Origin: Dehalococcoidia bacterium
GTDB taxonomy: Bacteria; Chloroflexota; Dehalococcoidia; UBA2979
Length of the DNA: 64,000 bases
NCBI GenBank assembly: GCA_965262725.1
Contig: OZ253555.1
Coordinates: 576,001-640,000 of the forward strand
Direction: 5' to 3'
In this document: positions 1-8,681 of the stretch, one piece after another
Numbering within the stretch: position 1 is the first letter of the stretch
Layout: every line of letters starts with the position of its first letter
The notes under the pieces: generated by a model
Told to the model about the DNA's origin: nothing
Databases searched by the model: none
Seen by the model: only the letters and a program-made list of their open reading frames with translations
Program-made: the position numbers and the translations under genes

Positions 1-450
1 GTCGAGCTCGGAGACGGCGATCTGCTCTACCTCATGAACTCTCAGGCCGGAGGCAGGCAGCGGGACCGCCTGCTCGCCGGCGTCCTCGCTCCGCCGCCTG
101 CGCCGAGCGGGTGGCGGCCGGGCGCCGGGGACCGACGAGCGGCGGCCGCCGCGGCCGCGGCGGTGACGACTCCCGGCGGCGCGGCGGCGCTCTACGAGAA
201 CGAGATCGGGCTCATTACGCCCGCCGTGGCGGAGGCGCTCTCCGCGGCCGAGGCCCGGTACCCGGAGGGCTGGATCGAGGATGCCCTGCGGCTGGCGGCG
301 CTCCACAACGCGCGGTCGTGGGCGTACGCGGAGGCGGTCCTGCGGCGCTGGGAGGTCGAGGGCCGCGGGAAGGAGGGACTCGATGCGGACTCTGAGCGAG
401 ATCCTGGGGACGACCCCTACCGACGAGTCGTCCGCCGCTCCTGGCCCTGA
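1..450 (+). CDS. DnaD/DnaB_2-domain replication protein, 5'-truncated by the window edge
   Basis: Frame open from base 1; motif LYENEIGLITP..AEAL...YPEGWIEDAL..A..HNARSWAYAEAVLRRW is typical of DnaD domains; overlaps the next gene. Confidence 0.8.
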   Translation, partial: VELGDGDLLYLMNSQAGGRQRDRLLAGVLAPPPAPSGWRPGAGDRRAAAAAAAAVTTPGGAAALYENEIGLITPAVAEALSAAEARYPEGWIEDALRLAALHNARSWAYAEAVLRRWEVEGRGKEGLDADSERDPGDDPYRRVVRRSWP

Positions 451-1822
451 CCGCGCCGCCGCCGCGGAGGCCTCCGGCCCCGCCGACGTCTGCCCGTTCT
501 GCGACGGCGCCCGCTTCGTTCGGGTGACGTCCGATACCGGACACCCCGCCTTCGGGCGCGCGCAGCCCTGCGCGTGCTCGACGCGCGAGGACGAGCGCGC
601 CCGAAGGGAGCGGCTGCTGCGCTACTCGCGCCTCGGCGCGCTCGCCCGCCTGAGCTTCGGCACGCTGCTCGAGAGCGGTCGCGCCTCAGACCCGGTGGCG
701 CGGGAGCGCTACCGCGGCGCCGTGGAGGCGGCGAGGCGCTACGCGGAGCGCCCCGAGGGCTGGCTCGTGCTCACCGGCGCTCCGGGCTGCGGCAAGACGC
801 ACCTCGCCGCCGCGATCGCCATGCACGCGATCGAGGCGGGGCGGCCGGCGCTCTTTCTGACCGTCGCCGACCTGCTCGATCGCCTGCGCGCCGCCTACGC
901 CGACGACGCGGAGGTCGGCTACGACGACCTGCTCGCCGAGGTGCGCGACGCCCCGCTGCTCGTGCTCGACGATCTCGATTCCTACGCCGGCACGCCCTGG
1001 GCGCGCGAGAAGTTCTTCCAGATCGTCTCGCATCGCTTCAACGCGGTCGCGCCGACGATCTTCACTTGCGTGAGGCCGCCGACCGAGATCGATCGGCGCC
1101 TGGCGGCGCGCCTGACCGATCCGCAGCTCTCCCAGGTCCTCGACCTCGCGCAGTCGTCTCTCCCGCGCTATGTCGCCGTGGGCGGCATGTCCGAGGAGCG
1201 CCTCGCCTCGATGACCTTCGAGAGCTTTCGACCCGCGGGCCACGGGCTCAGGGGCCAGACACGCAGCAATCTCGAGGGCGCCTTCCGGCTCGCGCACCAG
1301 TGGGCCGAGCAGCCTGACGGCTGGCTGGTCTTGCACGGCGGCCCCGGTTGCGGGAAGACGCACCTCGCCGCGGCGATCGCGAACCACCGCCTCGCCGCCG
1401 GCGACACCGTCTGCTTCGCGACCGTCCCGGACCTGCTCGACGAGCTGCGCGCGGGCTACGCGCCCGAGGCGGACAAGAGCTTCGACGAGCTCTTCCGCCG
1501 GCTGCTCGACGTGACGCTGCTCGCGCTCGACGACCTGGGCGCGCACCACTCGAGCCCCTGGGCTGAGGAGAAGCTCTACCAGCTCCTGAACCACCGCTAC
1601 CTCGGCCGCATGGCGACGGTCGTAACCCGCAACAGCGATCCCGCCGCCCAGGCCCCCGCCGAGCCGCGCCGCGGGCGCGGCCGGCGCACCGCCGCCGGCG
1701 GCGGTGCCGAGCGCGAGGGCGGGGACCTCGAGCCGCGCATCCGCTCCCGGCTCGCCGACCTGCAGGTCGCAACGAACTACGAGATCCTGGCTCCCGACTA
1801 CCGCGTGGGCGGCGTGAGCTGA
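383..1822 (+). CDS. DnaC/DnaI/IstB-like ATPase with N-terminal Zn motif and two AAA+ domains
   Basis: ATG 383 after GGAGGG; CPFC...CAC; two Walker A (GAPGCGKTH, GGPGCGKTH) and two Walker B (LVLDDL, LALDDLG). Confidence 0.85.
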   Translation: MRTLSEILGTTPTDESSAAPGPDRAAAAEASGPADVCPFCDGARFVRVTSDTGHPAFGRAQPCACSTREDERARRERLLRYSRLGALARLSFGTLLESGRASDPVARERYRGAVEAARRYAERPEGWLVLTGAPGCGKTHLAAAIAMHAIEAGRPALFLTVADLLDRLRAAYADDAEVGYDDLLAEVRDAPLLVLDDLDSYAGTPWAREKFFQIVSHRFNAVAPTIFTCVRPPTEIDRRLAARLTDPQLSQVLDLAQSSLPRYVAVGGMSEERLASMTFESFRPAGHGLRGQTRSNLEGAFRLAHQWAEQPDGWLVLHGGPGCGKTHLAAAIANHRLAAGDTVCFATVPDLLDELRAGYAPEADKSFDELFRRLLDVTLLALDDLGAHHSSPWAEEKLYQLLNHRYLGRMATVVTRNSDPAAQAPAEPRRGRGRRTAAGGGAEREGGDLEPRIRSRLADLQVATNYEILAPDYRVGGVS

Positions 1823-1836
1823 GGGGAGCGCGCCGC

Positions 1837-2538
1837 CTACGGGCGGGCGGGCGTCCCCTGCTGCCAGAGGGATCCCCCGGGACCCCATTCCCGCTTCCAG
1901 ATCGGCGCCGTCTCCTTCACGCGGTCGACGAGACGGGCCGCGGCCCGGAACGCCTCCTCGCGGTGAGCGGCCGACACCGCCGCCACGATCGCCGGCTCGC
2001 CGACGGCGAGCGTGCCGATCCGGTGGTGCACCGCGACGCCGTGCAGCGGGCATCCGGCGGCCTCCGCCTCTGCGCGCACCTCCTCGATCAGGCGCGCGAT
2101 CTCGCGCTCGGCCATCTCGGAGTATGCCTCGTACTCCAGCCGCTCGACGGCACGCCCCTCGTGGTGATCACGCACGACGCCCTCGAAGACCACCACCGCG
2201 CCCGAGGCGTCGGTGCGGACGAGGTCGCGGAGCGCCCGCGCGTCGAGTGGCTCGGGGGTCACGAGCACGGCGGGCGGCATTGCGCCCGGAGCGCCGCCCG
2301 CGACCGGGGGAATCAGGGCGACGCGATCGCCGTCGTGGAGCACGAGGGCCCCGTCCCGTGCGTACTCCTCATTGACTGCGATCGCGACCCCATCCAGGTG
2401 GGGCCGGAGGGCCGGGTAGCGCTCGGCGAGGCGGGCCCGGAGCTCCTCGAGCGGCACCGTCGTCGCGTCGAAGACCTCGACCACCTCGGCGCCGGCGAGC
2501 TCGCGCAACGCGGCGAAGAGCCGGATGGTGACGTGCAC
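1837..2538 (-). CDS. moaE: MoaD-MoaE fusion (molybdopterin synthase)
   Basis: Ubiquitin-like MoaD (LFAALRE...AVNEEY...IPPVAGG) fused to MoaE (GAVVVFEGVVRD, LEYEAY, HR.G.L..GE, APIWKRE). Confidence 0.92.
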   Translation of the reverse strand: MHVTIRLFAALRELAGAEVVEVFDATTVPLEELRARLAERYPALRPHLDGVAIAVNEEYARDGALVLHDGDRVALIPPVAGGAPGAMPPAVLVTPEPLDARALRDLVRTDASGAVVVFEGVVRDHHEGRAVERLEYEAYSEMAEREIARLIEEVRAEAEAAGCPLHGVAVHHRIGTLAVGEPAIVAAVSAAHREEAFRAAARLVDRVKETAPIWKREWGPGGSLWQQGTPARP

Positions 2539-2564
2539 GCGCCTCTCCTCGAATCGCGCCTCTC

Positions 2565-2570
2565 AGTATA
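2565..2570 (-). promoter_or_regulatory. Putative -10 element (TATACT) of moaDE
   Basis: AT-rich TATACT about 27 bp upstream of the GTG, with a GAGGAG RBS between them. Confidence 0.5.
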
Positions 2571-2712
2571 GGAGCGCGGGAGCGGGAATCCGCGGTGGCG
2601 CCGACCGCGCGCTCGGGGTGGATGAAAGCCTCCTGCGGCACCGTTCGGCGCGACCGCGACGCCTCCCTGCGGTACCGTGTGCAGGGCCGCGCCGGAAGGG
2701 TGTCGGCGCTGG

Positions 2713-2728
2713 CATCTGGTACCAGATG
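2713..2728. promoter_or_regulatory. Perfect 16-bp palindrome CATCTGGTACCAGATG upstream of glyA (candidate operator)
   Basis: Exact inverted repeat abutting the RBS; TGGT-ACCA core resembles GntR/FadR-type operators. Confidence 0.45.
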
Positions 2729-2739
2729 AAGGTGATCCG

Positions 2740-4035
2740 ATGACAGCCACATCGCGCTCCGTGGCCAGGGAGGAAGCTGTCCGGCGCGATCCGGCGCTTC
2801 AGGAGGCCGACCCCGCCGTCGCGGCGGCGATCGGACGCGAGGAGGAGCGACAGCGGACGACCCTCGAGATGATTGCCTCGGAGAATTTCACCTCCCGGGC
2901 GGTGCTCGAGGCGGTCGGGAGCGTCCTCACCAACAAGTACGCCGAGGGGTACCCGGGTCGGCGCTACTACGGCGGCTGCGAGTTCATCGACGAGGTGGAG
3001 ACGCTCGCGCTCGACCGCGCCCGGGCGCTCTTCGGCATGGAGCACGCCAACGTGCAGCCGCACTCCGGCGCGCAGGCCAACCTCGCCGTCTACCAGGGCC
3101 TGCTCGACCCCGGCGATCCGGTGCTCGGGATGGCGCTCGATCAGGGCGGCCACCTCACGCACGGCCACGGCGTCAACGCCTCGGGCAAGCTCTACCGCTT
3201 CGGCTCCTATGGCGTCGACCGCGAGAGCGAGACCATCGACTACGAGGCGATGCGCCGCGCGGCGCAGGAGCTGCGCCCGAAGATCCTGGTGGTGGGGGCG
3301 ACGGCGTACCCCCGCACCATCGACTTCGCCCGCGCGCGTGAGATCGCCGACGAGGTCGGCGCGCTGCTCATGGTCGACATGGCGCACATCGCCGGCCTCA
3401 TCGCCGCGGGAGCGCACCCCTCGCCGGCGGGGATCGCCCAGGTGCTCACGAGCTCCACGCACAAGACGCTCCGCGGCCCCCGGGGCGGCCTGATCCTCTG
3501 CGATCGGGATCTCGCCCGGCGCATCGATCGCGGCGTTTTTCCGGGCCACCAGGGCGGTCCGTTAATGCACGTCGTGGCCGGGAAGGCGGTTGCGCTCGGC
3601 GAGGCGGCGACACCGCAGTTCGCCGCCTATCAGCACCAGACCGTGGAGAACGCGCGGGCGCTCGCGGAGACGCTGTCGGAGGCGGGGCTGCGCCTCGTCT
3701 CGGGCGGCACCGACAACCACCTGATCCTCGTCGACGTGCGGCCGAAGGAGCTGACCGGGCAGGAGGCGGAGAGCGCGCTCGATCGCTGCGGCATCATCGT
3801 CAACAAGAACGCGATCCCCTACGACCCGCTTCCCCCCGCGGTCACCTCGGGCCTGCGCATCGGCACGCCGGCGCTCACCTCGCGCGGCATCGGCCCCCGG
3901 GAGATGCGCCGGGTCGGCGAGCTGATCGCGGCGGTGCTGGAGGCGCCCGGGGACGAGTCCCTCGCCGCGCGCGTCCGCGACGAGGTCTCCGCGATCTGCG
4001 CGGAGCACCCGGCGCCGGGGCTCCCCCCGGCCTAG
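2740..4035 (+). CDS. glyA: Serine hydroxymethyltransferase
   Basis: [37 protein letters not shown] (PLP lysine), SGGTDNHL. Confidence 0.98.
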   Translation: MTATSRSVAREEAVRRDPALQEADPAVAAAIGREEERQRTTLEMIASENFTSRAVLEAVGSVLTNKYAEGYPGRRYYGGCEFIDEVETLALDRARALFGMEHANVQPHSGAQANLAVYQGLLDPGDPVLGMALDQGGHLTHGHGVNASGKLYRFGSYGVDRESETIDYEAMRRAAQELRPKILVVGATAYPRTIDFARAREIADEVGALLMVDMAHIAGLIAAGAHPSPAGIAQVLTSSTHKTLRGPRGGLILCDRDLARRIDRGVFPGHQGGPLMHVVAGKAVALGEAATPQFAAYQHQTVENARALAETLSEAGLRLVSGGTDNHLILVDVRPKELTGQEAESALDRCGIIVNKNAIPYDPLPPAVTSGLRIGTPALTSRGIGPREMRRVGELIAAVLEAPGDESLAARVRDEVSAICAEHPAPGLPPA

Positions 4036-4197
4036 GACCGCCCCCCGCCCGCGGCCCCCGTGGCGGCCGGCGCGTTGCGGCGCGGCGCCACGGCGCGGCA
4101 TGATGCGTGGCACCCGCCACACGGCGGAGCGTCGCAGCGTCTTCATGTGCATGCGGCAGAGGCCGGGCGCGCCCGGGCCGCGTCAACGGAGGATCCC

Positions 4198-5424
4198 ATG
4201 GACTGGCACGACAACGAGGTGCAGGCGGCGTTTCGCAGCGAGGTGCGGACGCTGATCGAGGAGAAGGTGCCGACTCGCTACAGCGAGATGGCGAAGCGCA
4301 ACCACCGCGAGATGGGGTACCCGTGGCCGCAGGACCGCGCCTCCGGCGAGCCGGAGCGCGAGCAGGCCGCCGCGGAGTGGTTCGAGGCGGTCTCCGAGAA
4401 GGGCTGGATCGCGCCGCACTGGCCGAAGGAGTACGGCGGGGGCGGCTTCACGCCGATGGAGCAGTACATCTACAACGCGGAGCTCGCGACGGCGAACGTC
4501 CCCGCGCCCGGCTCTAACGTCGGCATCGGAATGCTCGGGCCGGCGCTGATCGTGCACGGCACGGATGAGCAGAAGCAGCGCTTCCTGCCCCCGATCCTGA
4601 AGGGCGAGGTCGTCTGGTCGCAGGGCTTCTCGGAGCCCGCGGCCGGCTCCGACCTCGCATCGCTGCAGACGCGGGCGGTACGCGACGGCGACGAGTACGT
4701 GGTGAACGGCCAGAAGATCTGGACCAGCCACGCGCACTACGCGGACTGGGTGCTGCTGCTCACCCGGACGGATCCGCAGGCTCCGAAGCACCGGGGCATC
4801 TCGTTCCTGCTTCTGGACATCCGCTCGCCGGGCGTCTCGGTCCGTCCGATCATCGACATGGCCTGGGGCCACGAGGTGAACGAGACGTTCTACGAGGACG
4901 TGCGCGTCCCGGCCGACCAGATGGTGGGGGAGGAGAACCGCGGCTGGTACGTCGCGATGACCCTGCTCGACAACGAGCGCTCCAACGTGACCGGCGCGAT
5001 CATGATGGGGCGGCAGATCCGGCGCCTCCTCGCCGATGTTCACGGCGCGGGCGCCGCCCGCTCGCGGGTTGACCGCTACGACGCGGTCCGCCAGGAGATC
5101 GCCGAGCGCTACGTCGAGACCGGCGTGATGATGAACTTCTCGCTTCGGATTATCACCATCCAGGCCGCGAACCAGGTGCCGAACTACGAGGCCTCGGTCG
5201 CGAAGATGTTCGGGTCGGAGGCGTCGCAGCGCATCTTCCGCACCGGGATGAAGGCATTCGGGCTCTACGCCAACCTCTGGGACCCGCACGACGCTCTCTC
5301 CCCGATGGAGGCGGCGTTCACCCACGGCTACGTGCGCTCGGTGCCCGGGACGATCGCCGCCGGCAGCTCCGAGATCCAGCGCAACGTGATCGCGACGCGG
5401 GGTCTCGGCCTCCCGCGCGGTTAG
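4198..5424 (+). CDS. Acyl-CoA dehydrogenase family protein (FadE-like)
   Basis: ATG after GGAGG; QGFSEPAAGSDLASL, NGQKIWTS, TIAAGSSEIQRNVIA. Confidence 0.93.
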   Translation: MDWHDNEVQAAFRSEVRTLIEEKVPTRYSEMAKRNHREMGYPWPQDRASGEPEREQAAAEWFEAVSEKGWIAPHWPKEYGGGGFTPMEQYIYNAELATANVPAPGSNVGIGMLGPALIVHGTDEQKQRFLPPILKGEVVWSQGFSEPAAGSDLASLQTRAVRDGDEYVVNGQKIWTSHAHYADWVLLLTRTDPQAPKHRGISFLLLDIRSPGVSVRPIIDMAWGHEVNETFYEDVRVPADQMVGEENRGWYVAMTLLDNERSNVTGAIMMGRQIRRLLADVHGAGAARSRVDRYDAVRQEIAERYVETGVMMNFSLRIITIQAANQVPNYEASVAKMFGSEASQRIFRTGMKAFGLYANLWDPHDALSPMEAAFTHGYVRSVPGTIAAGSSEIQRNVIATRGLGLPRG

Positions 5425-5512
5425 GGGCGTCCCGCGGCGGCCGCTGCCCCTGCCGGGCGCCCGCGGCCGCCGCAGGCCCCCGGCGATCCCGGCCCGGGCG
5501 GCGCGCCGGCCG

Positions 5513-5542
5513 TTGACCGAGGGGAAAAGGCGGTCCTAGACT
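5513..5542 (+). promoter_or_regulatory. Sigma70-type promoter of rpsF-ssb-rpsR
   Basis: TTGACC-N18-TAGACT. Confidence 0.65.
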
Positions 5543-5676
5543 GATCGTGGCGGCGGGCGTGTGACGCTCCCTGCGCCTGCCCGGCTGCTGCGACGCGGCG
5601 CCGGGCAGCGTTGTGTTGGGCGGGTGCGCTGGCGGGGCGTGCCCGCGGTACCCCTTGCCGCGCGTAGGGAGTTTTA

Positions 5677-6633
5677 GTGAACGACTACGAGATGGTGTAC
5701 ATCGTGAACCCCCGGCTCACCTCTGAGGAGGCGGAGCGGGCCACGGCGTGGGTCGACGGACTCATTCGCGATGGCGGCGGCGAGCTGCTCGCCACCGACG
5801 TGTGGGGGAGGCGGCGCCTCGCCTACCCCATCAAGCACCAGTTCGAGGGCACCTACGTCTACAGCACGTTCCGCCTGGATCCCACGGCGACGCGCCGCGT
5901 CGAGTCCGAGCTCACCCTCTCCGAGGACGTGCTCCGGCACCTCATGATTCGTGGCATCGTCGAGGGTGGGAAGCCGGAGCCGCAGTCGGCGCGGGTGATG
6001 GCGGGGGGCCGGCCATACGCCGCGCCGCGCCCTCAGTCGGACGCGCCGGAGGCATCGGCAGCGCCGGAGGCGTCGGACGCACCGGAGGCATCGGCAGCGC
6101 CGGAGGCGTCGGACGCACCGGAGGCATCGGCAGCGCCGGAGGCGTCGGACGCACCGGAGGCATCGGACGCGCCGGACGCACCGGAGGCACCGGAGGCATC
6201 GGACGCGCCGGAGGCACCGGAGGCATCGGACGCGCCGGAGGCACCGGAGGCATCGGACGCGCCGGACGCACCGGAGGCACCGGAGGCGTCGGACGCACCG
6301 GAGGCACCGGACGCGCCGGAGGCACCGGAGGCATCGGACGCGCCGGACGCACCGGAGGCACCGGAGGCGTCGGACGCACCGGAGGCATCGGACGCGCCGG
6401 AGGCACCGGAGGCATCGGACGCGCCGGACGCACCGGAGGCACCGGAGGCGCCGGACGCACCGGAGGCACCGGAGGCGTCGGACGCACCGGAGGCACCGGA
6501 GGCGTCGGCTGCCCTCGCTCCCGAGGCCGAGGCGGTGCCGGATGCCGATCCGCCCGGCCCCTCCGATCTCGGTGAGACGGACGCCGCCGACTCCGAGCCC
6601 GAGGCGAAGCCCGAGCCGGCCGGCGTCGAGTAG
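5677..6633 (+). CDS. rpsF: 30S ribosomal protein S6 with a very long acidic Pro/Ala C-terminal tail
   Basis: YE.VYIVNP, WGRRRLAYPIK..EG.Y, SEDVLRHL; rpsF-ssb-rpsR synteny. Confidence 0.96.
   Translation: MNDYEMVYIVNPRLTSEEAERATAWVDGLIRDGGGELLATDVWGRRRLAYPIKHQFEGTYVYSTFRLDPTATRRVESELTLSEDVLRHLMIRGIVEGGKPEPQSARVMAGGRPYAAPRPQSDAPEASAAPEASDAPEASAAPEASDAPEASAAPEASDAPEASDAPDAPEAPEASDAPEAPEASDAPEAPEASDAPDAPEAPEASDAPEAPDAPEAPEASDAPDAPEAPEASDAPEASDAPEAPEASDAPDAPEAPEAPDAPEAPEASDAPEAPEASAALAPEAEAVPDADPPGPSDLGETDAADSEPEAKPEPAGVE
6040..6507 (+). repeat. In-frame tandem array of 52 9-bp units encoding DAP/EAS/EAP/AAP
   Basis: Units GACGC(A/G)CCG, GAGGC(A/G)TCG, GAGGC(A/G)CCG, GCAGCGCCG. Confidence 0.97.
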
Positions 6634-6695
6634 GTGCCGCACGCGAGCGCCCGCCGGGGCGCCGACACGCAGCAGCTCCCCAGGGGAGATCGTCG

Positions 6696-7130
6696 ATGCT
6701 GAACAAGTGCATGGTTATCGGAAACCTCGGCGCGGATCCCGAGATGCGGTACACGGCGAACGGGACGCCCGTCACGACCTTCCGCGTCGCGACGTCCCGC
6801 CAGTACTCCGGCTCCGACGGGGAGCGGCACGAGGAGACCGAGTGGTTCTCCGTGGTCACGTGGGCGCGGCTCGCGGAGACCTGCAGCCAGTACCTCTCGA
6901 AGGGTCGCCAGGTCTTCGTCGAGGGGCGGATGAGGACCCGCTCCTGGGAGGGTCAGGACGGCCAGAAGCGCTACCGCACGGAGCTGATCGCAGACACCGT
7001 GAAGTTCCTCGGCGGCCGCGACGGTGGCTCGGGTGGTGGCCCGGGTGGCGGGGGGCAGGAGCGCTTCGAGGGTGTCCCGGTGGGTCAGGACGGCGACGGC
7101 GACGTCGACCCGGACGACCTGCCCTTCTAG
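6696..7130 (+). CDS. ssb: Single-stranded DNA-binding protein
   Basis: LNK..IGNLG.DPE.RYT, GR.V.VEGR, C-terminal DDLPF. Confidence 0.98.
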   Translation: MLNKCMVIGNLGADPEMRYTANGTPVTTFRVATSRQYSGSDGERHEETEWFSVVTWARLAETCSQYLSKGRQVFVEGRMRTRSWEGQDGQKRYRTELIADTVKFLGGRDGGSGGGPGGGGQERFEGVPVGQDGDGDVDPDDLPF

Positions 7131-7211
7131 GCGCCGGGACGCAGTGATGGTTGCCATGGAGAGTGACGCAGCGGCCCGGCGAGGGCTCGTCGGCGGATGT
7201 AGGGAGCGGCG

Positions 7212-7625
7212 GTGACGAACGAACGAGAGAGGGTGGGCGCCGGCGCGCCGCGTGGCGACCGCTTCGATCGTGGCGACCGTGGCGACCGCGGCGACCGCGG
7301 CGACCGCGGCGACCGCGGCGACCGCGGCGACTACTCCGACCGCCCGGGTCGGGGAGGCCGCGGGGGCGGAGGCGGGCGCCGTCCCCGACGGCGCGGCTGC
7401 GAGTTTTGCGGCGAGGACGGCCGTCAGGTCGACTACAAGAACACGGCCATGCTCGCCCGCTACCTCACCGAGCGCGTCAAGATGGACGCCCGGCGCAAGG
7501 GTGGCGCCTGCTCCAAGCACCAGCGCGCGGTCGCCAGGGCGATCAAGCGAGCCCGCTTTCTCGCGTTGCTCCCCTACACCGCGGGGCACGTGCGCATCTC
7601 CGGCGTGAATCCCGTCCGGCGCTAG
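7212..7625 (+). CDS. rpsR: 30S ribosomal protein S18 (Zn-binding type) with N-terminal GDR repeats
   Basis: CEFC, VDYKN...L..Y, CSKHQR.VARAIKRAR.LALLPY. Confidence 0.96.
   Translation: MTNERERVGAGAPRGDRFDRGDRGDRGDRGDRGDRGDRGDYSDRPGRGGRGGGGGRRPRRRGCEFCGEDGRQVDYKNTAMLARYLTERVKMDARRKGGACSKHQRAVARAIKRARFLALLPYTAGHVRISGVNPVRR
7254..7343 (+). repeat. 9-bp tandem repeat GGCGACCGC (Gly-Asp-Arg) in rpsR
   Basis: About 10 perfect or degenerate units. Confidence 0.95.
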
Positions 7626-7685
7626 CCCCGCACCCCGTGAGGGGGCGGCTCGTTCGGTCGGCGTGGGGACAGGGGGCGCCAGCCC

Positions 7686-8681
7686 GTGGCCGGTAGTCGC
7701 GCGGTCCGGGTCAGTGCGCGCGAGGAGCGCGAGCGTCGCGAGCGTCGCGAGCGTCGCGTCGTGCTCGCGGGCGGCGGCGTGCTGCTGGCGGCGGCCCTCG
7801 TCGTTCTCGCCGGAATCGTGATCACGCAGTACCTTCCGCCGCGCGCCCGCGTCGCGACCATCGGCGGGGACTCCGTCTCCGCGTCGGCGCTCGTCGACCG
7901 CGCCGTGCTTCTCGCGATCCTTGAGTCGACCGTCGCGGCGCCGCCCATCGACGAGTTCGCCGCCTTCACCCTCGATCGCCTCGTCGACGAGGCGGCGCTT
8001 CGCAGCGGGGGAGCAGCCGAGTTCGGGGCTCCCACCGACGAGCAGCGCTCAGCCGAGCTGCGCGCGCTGCTCGGCGTCCCCCAGGAGGCGGACGTGGCGG
8101 AGCTCGCCGCCGCGCTGGCGAATCTCCTGTGGAGCGCCGCGTCCGGGCGGGCACTGGACGCCGTCGTGGATGCGCGGCTCCAGGAGGCTTCCCTGCGCGA
8201 ACGCTTCGCGCGGGAGGTCCCGGAGGTCGCCCCCCAGATCCGCCTGCGGCGGATTCGCGTGAGCGAGGAGGCGCGCGCCGGGGAGCTGCGCGAGCGGGCG
8301 CTGGCCGGCGAGCCCTTCGGCGCCCTGGCCGCCGAGGCCTCGCTCGACGCCGCGTCGGTGCCCGGCGGCGATCTCGGCTGGACGCTCGTCGAGCGCGTCG
8401 ATGCCGCCGTCGCCGCAGCGCTCTCGGGCCTCGAGCCCGGCGGGATCGCGGAGCCACTCGCCGTCGGCCCCTTCGTTGAGCTCTACCTCCTGGAGGAGCG
8501 CGACGACGCGCGCGCCCTCGAGTCGGCGCAGGTCGCCGAGATCGTGCAGGAGCGTCTGGAGGAGTGGCTCGCCGCCGAGCGCGAGGCCCTCGGGGTCGAG
8601 CACGACCTCTCGCCCGGCGAGTCGGAGTGGGTCGCCGAGCGCGTCGGACGCCGGCTGGCCGACCATCTGGCGGGCCCCTGA
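7686..8681 (+). CDS. Membrane-anchored PpiC/SurA-type peptidyl-prolyl isomerase (PrsA-like)
   Basis: N-terminal TM helix; GEPFGALAAEASLD....GGDLGW rotamase motif. Confidence 0.8.
   Translation: MAGSRAVRVSAREERERRERRERRVVLAGGGVLLAAALVVLAGIVITQYLPPRARVATIGGDSVSASALVDRAVLLAILESTVAAPPIDEFAAFTLDRLVDEAALRSGGAAEFGAPTDEQRSAELRALLGVPQEADVAELAAALANLLWSAASGRALDAVVDARLQEASLRERFAREVPEVAPQIRLRRIRVSEEARAGELRERALAGEPFGALAAEASLDAASVPGGDLGWTLVERVDAAVAAALSGLEPGGIAEPLAVGPFVELYLLEERDDARALESAQVAEIVQERLEEWLAAEREALGVEHDLSPGESEWVAERVGRRLADHLAGP

Noticed and set aside
383-1822. IS21 IstB helper
   Set aside because: No IstA or IS ends; has a Zn motif and is coupled to DnaD
2580-2710. Moco, ZTP or glycine riboswitch
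   Set aside because: Only fragmentary resemblance, on the wrong strand for moaDE, and core consensus nucleotides not found
6040-6507. Possible CRISPR array
   Set aside because: Contiguous in-frame 9-bp units, no unique spacers, no cas genes
7251-7331. Tandem RGD integrin-binding motifs in S18
   Set aside because: Cytoplasmic r-protein with no export signal; GDR repeats are common in translation-protein extensions
5674-7589. Antisense repeat ORFs over rpsF (RCL/RRV, GAS/DAS, PPV repeats)
   Set aside because: Shadow translations of the 9-bp repeat; the plus frame continues the S6 fold
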